A stretch of 64,000 bases of DNA from Candidatus Yanofskybacteria bacterium (GTDB lineage Bacteria > Patescibacteriota > Minisyncoccia > 2-02-FULL-40-12 > GWA2-44-9). The notes beneath the pieces were generated by a model, which was not told the DNA's origin, searched no databases, and saw only the letters and a list, made by a program, of their open reading frames with translations. Both the position numbers and the translations under genes were made by a program. This document shows positions 1-8,026 of this stretch, one piece after another. Position 1 is the first letter of the stretch, and each line of letters starts with the position of its first letter. The DNA is taken from NCBI GenBank assembly GCA_003514055.1, contig DOSG01000001.1, forward strand, positions 24,571 to 88,570, written 5' to 3'.

Positions 1-253
1 AAGGTTGGCCATAGCTCGAGCATTAATTCATCGTCCGAGAATAATCTTGGCCGACGAGCCGACCGGTAACTTGGATCAGGTGAATACGTATGATGTGGTA
101 AAGCTACTCTTGAAGATCAACGAGCTTGGCACAACTATAATTCTAGCTACTCACAATCGAGATGTGGTAAATGCTATCGGCCGAAGGGTCATAAGCATGG
201 AGAATGGTAGAATTGTTCGTGATCAAATTGAGCAGGGCAAATACATAATTTAA
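1..253 (+). CDS. ftsE: Cell-division ABC ATPase FtsE, C-terminal part (5' end cut by window)
   Basis: ABC signature/Walker B region ...AIARALIHRPRIILADEPTGNLD; immediately upstream of ftsX. Confidence 0.8.
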   Translation, partial: RLAIARALIHRPRIILADEPTGNLDQVNTYDVVKLLLKINELGTTIILATHNRDVVNAIGRRVISMENGRIVRDQIEQGKYII

Positions 254-263
254 ATTATTTATC

Positions 264-1184
264 ATGCATTATCATCTCAAAGAGACATTAAAGAGAATAT
301 TCAATACTGGCTGGTTAAATTTCGTTAGAAATAGTTATGTGAGCTTTGGCACTACTGGCGTCATGACTTTGGTGTTATTGTTGTTCGCCGGTCTTATGAG
401 TCTTAACTTTTTATCAACAAAAGTCGTAGAAGGCCTGCAAGACAAAGTAGACGTAAGCGCTTATTTCAAGTCTTCGGCTAGTGAAGAAGAGGTGGCTAGC
501 GTAAAGATTGATTTAGAGAAAAATCAGCTGGTTAAGAATGTCCTTTATATATCTAAGGATCAGGCATTAGCTGATTTCAAAAAAAGGCATGCTGGCGATC
601 CGCTGATCCAAGAATCATTGGCAGAATTAGACGAGAATCCTCTGCAGGCGTCTTTAAATATAAAAGCTAATAATCCCGATACTTATGCGGAGATAGTTAA
701 ATTCTTAGAAGCTAATAAATTCAGAAGTCTTATCGACAAGATCAATTACTACGAGAATGAAGCGGTTATTAAGCGTGTTGAAGGAATCTCTGGAGGCATA
801 AAAACTTGGGGTCTCATCGCGACTCTACTCTTGGCCCTGATCGCCATTTTGGTAACTTTCAATACTATTCGGTTAACGATATTTAATCAGAAGCAGGAGA
901 TTGAAATTATGAGATTGGTTGGTGGCTCAAATTGGCATGTGAAGGCGCCATACTTAGTGGAGGGGGCTATCTACGGAGTTTTTGCGGCAGTAATAGCCGG
1001 TGCATTGTTCTATCCGATCGCGTACTTCCTTTCGCCGAAAATAAGTATTTTAATTCCGGGCGTAAGTCTGATCGGATATTTTGGATCTAACTTCTTTAGT
1101 TTTATCTTCCTCCTCTTATTGGTGGGGGTTCTAATCGGCGTAGCTTCTAGCTATATCGCGATTAGAAAGTTCTTGAAGGTTTAG
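264..1184 (+). CDS. ftsX: Cell-division permease FtsX
   Basis: 306 aa, N-terminal TM, large periplasmic loop and C-terminal TM cluster typical of FtsX; follows ftsE. Confidence 0.8.
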   Translation: MHYHLKETLKRIFNTGWLNFVRNSYVSFGTTGVMTLVLLLFAGLMSLNFLSTKVVEGLQDKVDVSAYFKSSASEEEVASVKIDLEKNQLVKNVLYISKDQALADFKKRHAGDPLIQESLAELDENPLQASLNIKANNPDTYAEIVKFLEANKFRSLIDKINYYENEAVIKRVEGISGGIKTWGLIATLLLALIAILVTFNTIRLTIFNQKQEIEIMRLVGGSNWHVKAPYLVEGAIYGVFAAVIAGALFYPIAYFLSPKISILIPGVSLIGYFGSNFFSFIFLLLLVGVLIGVASSYIAIRKFLKV

Positions 1185-1257
1185 GATTTAATAGTGATTT
1201 AAGTGAGCCTCCCGCCCACGGCTCCGGCAATCGCCGGATGCCGAATGGGCGGGAGCT

Positions 1258-1285
1258 TTGACATTCCCGTTGTTGTAGGTATAAT
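1258..1285 (+). promoter_or_regulatory. sigma70-like promoter (TTGACA-16nt-TATAAT) upstream of CYTH gene
   Basis: TTGACA at 1258-1263 and TATAAT at 1280-1285; GGGGAG RBS at 1299-1304 before ATG 1314. Confidence 0.5.
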
Positions 1286-1313
1286 AGGCGAAGATTCTGG
1301 GGGAGCATACTAC

Positions 1314-1838
1314 ATGTCGAAGAACCTTGAAATCGAGAGGCGTTTTATTGTCAACGATATATCGGACATTCCCGTTAATACTGATTTGCCAACCAAGGCC
1401 AGGCTTATCCAAGGCTACTTGCCTGGAAGTTCTTTCGATGGATTGCAAGCTCGTGTTAGATATCAACTTGCGCGACAGTCTAATGGTCAGCTGGCCGTGA
1501 CCTTTTCATTGAACATGAAGTCTGGCTACGGCCTGACACGAACCGAGATAGAGATTGGCCTAGCTGTCCAACAATTCAACCACTTATTTCGACTATGCGA
1601 TCGCTACGTCGAGAAAATGCGTTGGAAGTTGGGGGCATATTATCAGGGTGGCGACGGGGGCTTACTGCCAGTAGTGATTGAAATCAACGAATTCGCTGGG
1701 CGTCACGATGGACTGATCCTTGCCGAGATCGAATTTGACTTTGAAGAAGCCGCCAATAGTTTTTCTCCGCCGGTATGGCTCGGTCGTGAAGTGACCGATG
1801 ATCCAGCGTACAGCGGATTTGCTCTGGCTCGTCGATAA
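1314..1838 (+). CDS. CYTH-domain protein (CyaB/thiamine-triphosphatase-like)
   Basis: Start MSKNLEIERRFIV = CYTH EIE(R/K)K motif; strong RBS; ORF-track start 1203 is probably an upstream extension. Confidence 0.65.
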   Translation: MSKNLEIERRFIVNDISDIPVNTDLPTKARLIQGYLPGSSFDGLQARVRYQLARQSNGQLAVTFSLNMKSGYGLTRTEIEIGLAVQQFNHLFRLCDRYVEKMRWKLGAYYQGGDGGLLPVVIEINEFAGRHDGLILAEIEFDFEEAANSFSPPVWLGREVTDDPAYSGFALARR

Positions 1839-1918
1839 TTCGAAAGTTCTTTGAGACGTTGAATAAACGTCTTTTTTGTTGTAAGTTGTGGCTAGTTCTC
1901 GGCGTTGGGAGGATAGCT

Positions 1919-2395
1919 ATGCCAGAGAGTAGGTCATTTCCAGAATCTCTTAATCGTGAATTTCTAGAAGATTTGGATGGCCTGGTTGGCAGCATGGTAA
2001 TGATTAAATTCAGTCTGGCCCTGAGTCGCGATTCAAGAGATAGTGGCGACTTCGAGAAGGAGCTAAGACGCGCTCGGAAGTTCTTAATAATTATTACGCC
2101 TAGAGACGTCTTCCATGTGGAAAATATTATAGGAGCTCTCAACGGTCACGAAATCGCCCGAAGAGTCTCTCGCTTATTTGGGCCCGGATTGTCTTCTGTC
2201 GAAGATGAAGCAGAAAGACTCAAGGCCTATCGACTAAGACACAAAGCTTGTCTAGCTACCGTTAATAAGGCTATAAGAGGGGCGTCTGTGTCGCCTCAGG
2301 AAGTCGAGGAAGCCGAAAAATTCTTTGATGACGTAAGAGAGATTTTTGATGGTATTCATCTTCTTCAAGCGCAAAGAGCCGCGGAGGATGAGTAA
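1919..2395 (+). CDS. hypothetical protein
   Basis: ORF with GGGAGG RBS before ATG 1919; followed by hairpin terminator. Confidence 0.45.
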   Translation: MPESRSFPESLNREFLEDLDGLVGSMVMIKFSLALSRDSRDSGDFEKELRRARKFLIIITPRDVFHVENIIGALNGHEIARRVSRLFGPGLSSVEDEAERLKAYRLRHKACLATVNKAIRGASVSPQEVEEAEKFFDDVREIFDGIHLLQAQRAAEDE

Positions 2396-2408
2396 TTAAG
2401 GTATATTT

Positions 2409-2431
2409 AGCCGCGTGAAGCGCGGCTTTTA
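2409..2431 (+). terminator. rho-independent terminator
   Basis: GCCGCG-tgaa-GCGCGGC followed by TTTT. Confidence 0.6.
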
Positions 2432-2482
2432 ATTTGAAATTTTTAATGCTAGAATTGGGCCAGCTATTTGAGGAGTGTAACC

Positions 2483-2794
2483 ATGTGGACTGAACCAGTA
2501 ACTATCATGGTGCCATCTAGGATGTGGGAACTGCGAAAAAGGACCAAGAAAAGATTCGAGCAACTTGAGAAGATGGTGAAAACCAGTAAGCGGGTCAATT
2601 GGTTCGATCTGGACAAATTTTTTATGGATACTCGTAGAGATTGGAATATCCAGTGGCAAGGAGTTGATCAACATACTGGTGGCGAAGAGTTCGTCGAAAG
2701 GTGGTGGCACGACTATTTTGTCCCAAGGTTCGATGCTCTTAAGAAAGCTAAGGTAGCCCAGGACAGACGGATGAGGAGGCACGCTAAGAAATAA
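2483..2794 (+). CDS. small conserved protein, family A (paralog of 14342..14668)
   Basis: AGGAG RBS; shares VDQHTGGEEFVERWWHD(Y/F)FVPRF block with second copy; own terminator. Confidence 0.6.
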   Translation: MWTEPVTIMVPSRMWELRKRTKKRFEQLEKMVKTSKRVNWFDLDKFFMDTRRDWNIQWQGVDQHTGGEEFVERWWHDYFVPRFDALKKAKVAQDRRMRRHAKK

Positions 2795-2796
2795 TA

Positions 2797-2815
2797 AGGC
2801 CATTAGGCCTTTTTA
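2797..2815 (+). terminator. rho-independent terminator
   Basis: AGGCC-atta-GGCCT + TTTTT. Confidence 0.6.
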
Positions 2816-2854
2816 TCTTGAAAAAAGTTGGGTTTTGTTGTAAAGTATGGACAT

Positions 2855-2928
2855 TGCGGGATCGTCTAATGGTAGGACACATCCCTCTGGAGGATGGTAT
2901 CTTGGTTCGAATCCAGGTCCCGCAGCCA
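2855..2928 (+). tRNA. tRNA-Gln (anticodon CUG)
   Basis: Acceptor TGCGGGA/TCCCGCA, D-arm, anticodon loop CTCTGGA, T-arm CTTGG-TTCGAAT-CCAGG, discriminator G then CCA. Confidence 0.85.
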
Positions 2929-2981
2929 CTATTGAAAGTATCGAGGTAGACCGAGGAGGGGAAGTATCTATATCTACAATA

Positions 2982-3006
2982 AAAAGCCCCGCGTTAGCGG
3001 GGCTGT
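2982..3006 (-). terminator. rho-independent terminator of AAA gene (minus strand)
   Basis: CCCCGC-gtta-GCGGGG with T-run on minus strand directly after stop at 3018. Confidence 0.6.
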
Positions 3007-3017
3007 GTCTTCGAAAA

Positions 3018-4955
3018 TCAGATGTTTACAATCTTTCTTGCCCGGACCTGGGCCAGGTAGCCATCTAGATCTTCGATCAGATTGCGCTTGGCAATGCCTT
3101 GGACAATCTGACCGACGTTGGGCGGTAGGAGTAGTCGTGACGAGCACTCTAGTAGTCCGACCATTGTCATGAAGTCGATAGCTGACTGAGAAGCGCTCGG
3201 GATGAAGTCATCTATGGCGCTATTCAAGGCATTGCTATCAACTATTTTGCCAGAGGCAAAGCGGAAGGCCGCGAGGATAATGGCCTCGACATCGGCGCCA
3301 GACAGACCATCTGTCTTCTTGGCGAATGTCGCGAAGTTCTTGATATCAGTCGGGATATTGTATCTCTTGAACATAACTCGGAAGATATCAGGCAGTTCGT
3401 CCATCGACGGCATCGGGATCAGGATTCTCTGGTCACCACGGCCGCTGCGCTTGAGGGCTGGATCGATACGATCCGGTCTGTTGGTGCAGGAGATGACGAC
3501 GACTTTACCACGAATTCTTGGATCGGAGAGGAACTCCATCCACATTTTCATCAGACGCTCGGCAACTCCAGAGTCACCCTTGGGTGCGTCGCGCTGTGCG
3601 TCGGCTAGATCGGCTTCGTCGTTCATGACGACAACCGGCGCCAGAGACCGCAAGGCGTAGATGAATTTCTGCATTCGGGCTTCGGATTCTCCGACCCACA
3701 TCGAACGAATATTCTTCGTCTTGATGAAGTTGAAGGCGGCTTCTTTAGCCAGGGCTTCAACCAGGGCGGTTTTGCCGGTTCCCGGCGGGCCCATGAAATA
3801 TATGCCCATTGGCACTAGTCGGTATTCTCCGTTTTTGATGGCATCGAGAACCGATTGGAGATATTTTTTGATATACGTGAGACCACCTATGTCCTCGAAG
3901 CCACGTTGGGCGTCCACGACTTCCATGAGCTCGCCATATTCGCTATTGAGAATATTTCTTTTTCTATTTTTTACGAAATTGAGATCGAGCGTTTGCCCGG
4001 TTTTCAGTGCCTGCAAAAAGATTTCAGAAATTTGTCTAAAGCTCATGCCTTGTGCGGCATGGGCAAAGACCGATACTTCGAAATCTGACGGCAAGGTAAT
4101 GACTGGTCCAAGGCTTTCGACCTCGACGCGCTTCTCATTAACTTCGGCTGCGATCTTCTTGTCGACACTTGTGTCGGCTTTTTTGGACTGCTTATCCAAT
4201 TGCGCGATTTCTCCTTCTAGGACCTGCTTCTGTCTTGACCGATAGGTCGTATTGGAGATAAAGTCAATCCTTTCGTCTTTGTCAGGCTTAGGTATGAATA
4301 CCTGATTCGCAGCTGAGCCGTTATTTCTTAGTTCCGAGGAAACTTTTGTGATTTCGTCGGTGAGAAGAATGATGAGGTTATTCTTAGACCTCAGTCTTTC
4401 GCTCTGGCTCCAATTACGCAGTGTCTGGATAGTTACTCTTTCGTTGGCCGGTAACATCGCATTGGCGCCAGGGTTGGGGGCAATGAAATGTGCCGATTTG
4501 ATAACGACGGCCATGTTCTCGGATTTGTACATTACCTTTTCGATAAGTGGTAGACAAGAATTTGGATCTTGTGGCAGTCCACGTTTGGCGGCTAGGTCTG
4601 CCTTGGCGGCGGCGATAGGATCGGCGCCAGTCGCGGCATCTGTTTCAAGGCCAGCCAGTTTCTTGAATTCCTTTTCCATGGCCGATGTTAGAAATCTCAT
4701 TCCCGAAGCAACGTCGTAGAAGATGACAATCTGGCGAGTATCGAAGACCTGCCGCAAGAACTCCCTAAAAGGGATGTATGCGGTATCGGGTTCGATCTCG
4801 CACTTTGGGTTAAGAACTAGTCCATCGGTATCACCGTGGAAGATAAAGAAGTGTGCCATGCCTGATTTTAAGGGAAGAATAAAGTCCTTCTCCAGCCATT
4901 CGGGCATTTTGTATTCGATTACGTTGGTTAGTGTTTCTTCCTTGGGAGTTTTCAT
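3018..4955 (-). CDS. classic AAA+ ATPase (unfoldase-type) with ~380-aa unknown N-terminal region
   Basis: Walker A GPPGTGKT, Walker B VVVMNDEAD, SRH/Arg-finger ISCTNRPDRIDPALKRSGRGDQ. Confidence 0.8.
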   Translation of the reverse strand: MKTPKEETLTNVIEYKMPEWLEKDFILPLKSGMAHFFIFHGDTDGLVLNPKCEIEPDTAYIPFREFLRQVFDTRQIVIFYDVASGMRFLTSAMEKEFKKLAGLETDAATGADPIAAAKADLAAKRGLPQDPNSCLPLIEKVMYKSENMAVVIKSAHFIAPNPGANAMLPANERVTIQTLRNWSQSERLRSKNNLIILLTDEITKVSSELRNNGSAANQVFIPKPDKDERIDFISNTTYRSRQKQVLEGEIAQLDKQSKKADTSVDKKIAAEVNEKRVEVESLGPVITLPSDFEVSVFAHAAQGMSFRQISEIFLQALKTGQTLDLNFVKNRKRNILNSEYGELMEVVDAQRGFEDIGGLTYIKKYLQSVLDAIKNGEYRLVPMGIYFMGPPGTGKTALVEALAKEAAFNFIKTKNIRSMWVGESEARMQKFIYALRSLAPVVVMNDEADLADAQRDAPKGDSGVAERLMKMWMEFLSDPRIRGKVVVISCTNRPDRIDPALKRSGRGDQRILIPMPSMDELPDIFRVMFKRYNIPTDIKNFATFAKKTDGLSGADVEAIILAAFRFASGKIVDSNALNSAIDDFIPSASQSAIDFMTMVGLLECSSRLLLPPNVGQIVQGIAKRNLIEDLDGYLAQVRARKIVNI

Positions 4956-4959
4956 GATC

Positions 4960-5631
4960 CTACCTCTGCTTTAGGAAGTCGTGATGTTCAACGCCGGTGG
5001 CGATTGGTTGGCCAGATTCGTGCTCTTCCGAAAATCGGATTTTGATACCGAATTTCTGAGCAAGCAACATAAGCTTGGCCCGTTCTTCCTTCAATACGGA
5101 TTTTGATTCGAAATGTTCGAAAGTTAGAACACCATTGCCATTGCTACCGACAGCCACGCTCAGATATCTGTGAACGTCGGCACTTTCATTTTTCTCGCCT
5201 TCAACGATAGTCGTCTTCTTACCGCCGATAACTTTGTTGCTAGTCATCGTGGTGTAATCTAGAAGCTGGGCGATGATGGCAAGGACCTCGATTTGGAAGC
5301 GCTCGCCGACGTTTTTGGCAGCAGTTTCAAGTTGCTGCTTTTCTTTTGGTGTCATGAATTGAGCCTTGATAGCCAACTCGCCATTAGAAATCTGGAACTT
5401 GGCGTTGCCGGTATAGCCGATAGCGCGAAGAGTACGATTCAGGGCCTCTTCAAAAAGGGGATTGATATCTAGTCCAGTAAGCCAATCAATGAATACAGTA
5501 TCTTCGACGCCCATATTGTCCAATAGGGTCTTGTCGATTTTCGGAGCTTTGACCTTCTCCTTGAATTCTTGTGGCAACTTTGGCGCCACGCGGATTCTCG
5601 TAATGTTCTTGTACCCGATGTTGCAAGGCAT
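4960..5631 (-). CDS. hypothetical protein (operon partner of AAA/vWA genes)
   Basis: 223 aa, 5-nt gap to AAA gene, same strand. Confidence 0.55.
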   Translation of the reverse strand: MPCNIGYKNITRIRVAPKLPQEFKEKVKAPKIDKTLLDNMGVEDTVFIDWLTGLDINPLFEEALNRTLRAIGYTGNAKFQISNGELAIKAQFMTPKEKQQLETAAKNVGERFQIEVLAIIAQLLDYTTMTSNKVIGGKKTTIVEGEKNESADVHRYLSVAVGSNGNGVLTFEHFESKSVLKEERAKLMLLAQKFGIKIRFSEEHESGQPIATGVEHHDFLKQR

Positions 5632-5737
5632 GGGGTCTCCTCTCGGTTGTAAACGTGCGAATGAGTCGTCATTGTTTTATCACATAAATCGCGACTTGGC
5701 AAGACTAAAAAACGCTCCGTTTGGAGCGTATATCTTA

Positions 5738-6772
5738 TTAGATCTTCAGGGTACTTGGCTTCTTTTTCGACGAAGATGTCTCGTTGGGAAGTTCTTTGAC
5801 CCTGGCAGTACTTTTTGCCTTAGATCTCGTGGGTTTGCGATTTCGTACCCATTCATCAAGATCCTTGAGTGCAGTCCCGATTTGCTTGATTCTCTTCTCG
5901 CTTTGCGGCTTATACTCGACACCTTCGGCGAGATCGAGTGGTCTCGTTCGCATGTCTTCGAGATACTGCTCTAGCGTCCGGGCTCCGGATACTAAGGCAT
6001 ATACGCCCAGTGTGAGGTCGCCGATTGCCAGATCCTCTGGCAGAATGATAATCCTCTCACTGCCAAGGACCTCAGTCCATTGGCCGACGATACTTGTATT
6101 GTTCCAGCCTTCGCGGGTGGTGGCACCGGTATATCGACGATGAATAAGAAAAACATTTCCTTTGAATTTCTCAATGAGATCAGTGAAGACCTCTCTTGCA
6201 CTGATATTCTTATGCTCGCCACCGAAGTGATCTCTTAGGTCGCTGGCATAGAGGTCAGGCACAAATGCTTCGTCGCCTGTAATTAGGTATATGGGCTTTA
6301 CGGCCTTGGGCATTTTGACGAGATAGGCGTAGTAGTACGCGGTTAACGCATAGGATTCACTGCCTTGACCACCGCCATTGCCTTCGAAGTGGATTCGCTT
6401 GAACCACCTGTCCAAATTGCGGAGTGCCGCGAAGTCGGCCATCTGAAGAGGCGAGACATCGGATCGAATGTCTCCCGTAGCTGCCACACTCATCATCGGA
6501 TCAGGCAGATATTTTCGGGCTACAATCTGGCCGACGATGCCGGGCCATTTGTCCCAGATAATCTTCGGCAAAATGCCCATTGAACCAGTCTCATCGAAAT
6601 CATAGACGAGTGGATTCCCCGCATTACAAACGAGGCGTCGATTCATTGGCGATAATGCCGGATCCATATACGATTGTTGCAAGGCTGTCTCTGCGACGCT
6701 AGTTACGCCATTACTACCTCGATACACGTTGCTGGTAACATCTCGATCGTAGTATGAACCGCCTCCACCCAT
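5738..6772 (-). CDS. von Willebrand factor A (vWA) protein, paralog 2
   Basis: MIDAS motif FDETGSMG; start chosen at MGGGGSYY (AAGGAG RBS) by alignment to paralog; C-terminal ...KKKPSTLKI. Confidence 0.75.
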   Translation of the reverse strand: MGGGGSYYDRDVTSNVYRGSNGVTSVAETALQQSYMDPALSPMNRRLVCNAGNPLVYDFDETGSMGILPKIIWDKWPGIVGQIVARKYLPDPMMSVAATGDIRSDVSPLQMADFAALRNLDRWFKRIHFEGNGGGQGSESYALTAYYYAYLVKMPKAVKPIYLITGDEAFVPDLYASDLRDHFGGEHKNISAREVFTDLIEKFKGNVFLIHRRYTGATTREGWNNTSIVGQWTEVLGSERIIILPEDLAIGDLTLGVYALVSGARTLEQYLEDMRTRPLDLAEGVEYKPQSEKRIKQIGTALKDLDEWVRNRKPTRSKAKSTARVKELPNETSSSKKKPSTLKI

Positions 6773-6859
6773 GTGAGTCTCCTTGTTAATGATCCGGATA
6801 ATATATACCAATCATTTGAAGATCGGTCAAGGACAATAAAAAAGACCGCTGTTAAGCGG

Positions 6860-7873
6860 TCAGATCTTGAGGGATGTCTTTGGATTGCCCTTCTTGCTCT
6901 TGCTTGTGGGTGTATCTTTCGCACTGACCTTCGTGGCGTTGATGCCGGCCAGCTTTCGGAAGGCAGCTTTGGCAATGCCTAGATATTCGGCTTCGAAATC
7001 CTTGCCGCGGAGATTCTCGGTGGCTTTCTCGGCATCGATCTTGCCTTCGCAGACGCCGACGAGCGTGCCGATCAATTCACAGACCTGTTCGGTCTTATCC
7101 ATGCCGACGACGAATTCATTGCCGAGCAATTCGCGCCATCGTTTCCAGACTCGAGGGTCTCGGGCATTATCTGTCAGTCTCGGGATGATATAGAACACCT
7201 GGTATTTTTCTTGGGCTTCTTTGACAATCTGCTCGACTGGGATATCTGTCTCGAATGGGGCCTTGCCCATCAAGGCTGCGATCTCGTCGACGCTGACCGG
7301 TTCGTGAGGAAGCTCGTCGCCGATCAAGAACAGGTAGCCCTTCTTACCTCGTTTTTCGAAGGTGTCGATGGAAGTGTGCCGGGCCATGAAGTAGATGGCG
7401 TTCGGGTATGATTCGCCTCCATTGCCACCGCCTAGACCTTCGAGATACACTCTTTGGAAGAAATCCATCAATTCCTCGGCGCCAGGTTCGAATTCACCGA
7501 TCTGGAGAGGCACCTTATCGCACTTCGAATCTCCGACCGCACCGAATAGGATGTGCACATTCGGGAGATAGTCCTTCTTGAGGAAGTACCCCATCAAATC
7601 CTTGAGACGAACTTCGAGTTCAACTGGCACGGTTCCCATAGAACCAGTGACGTCGAAAATGACAGCCAGAGCATTTGATTGCGGGTGAGTAGCACTATCT
7701 CGACTCTCCCTGATCTTTTTCTTGTCGATAGCAAGATTGGGATGGCACTTGATATCGCTGGTCTTTGTTGCCTTTCGCATATCCGCCGTATAGGCAAAGG
7801 TATCTTTGCCAGAACTCTTGATAGCCTGTTTTCTTGCAGTCAAATCCTCGTCACGATAGGTAGATCCGCCCAT
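6860..7873 (-). CDS. von Willebrand factor A (vWA) protein, paralog 1
   Basis: MIDAS motif FDVTGSMG; start at MGGSTYRDE; C-terminal ...KGNPKTSLKI. Confidence 0.75.
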   Translation of the reverse strand: MGGSTYRDEDLTARKQAIKSSGKDTFAYTADMRKATKTSDIKCHPNLAIDKKKIRESRDSATHPQSNALAVIFDVTGSMGTVPVELEVRLKDLMGYFLKKDYLPNVHILFGAVGDSKCDKVPLQIGEFEPGAEELMDFFQRVYLEGLGGGNGGESYPNAIYFMARHTSIDTFEKRGKKGYLFLIGDELPHEPVSVDEIAALMGKAPFETDIPVEQIVKEAQEKYQVFYIIPRLTDNARDPRVWKRWRELLGNEFVVGMDKTEQVCELIGTLVGVCEGKIDAEKATENLRGKDFEAEYLGIAKAAFRKLAGINATKVSAKDTPTSKSKKGNPKTSLKI

Positions 7874-8026
7874 GAGCCTGTTCCTTTCATGTAAAAGTCC
7901 GCTGTCCCTAACCAGAAAGAGCATATTAGACAAATGCCGTGCTGTCAACGATTGACGTTGGTTCGGAAATAATGTAGGATAATGACAACATTTTGGTCCC
8001 TTTACAAGTAAGAGACGGAGGAAATC

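Noticed and set aside
3202-4974. Several plus-strand ORFs (152, 194, 77, 123, 83 aa) antisense to the AAA ATPase gene
   Set aside because: They lie entirely inside a well-supported minus-strand gene with clear AAA motifs. They lack RBSs and are low-complexity. Antisense artefacts.`
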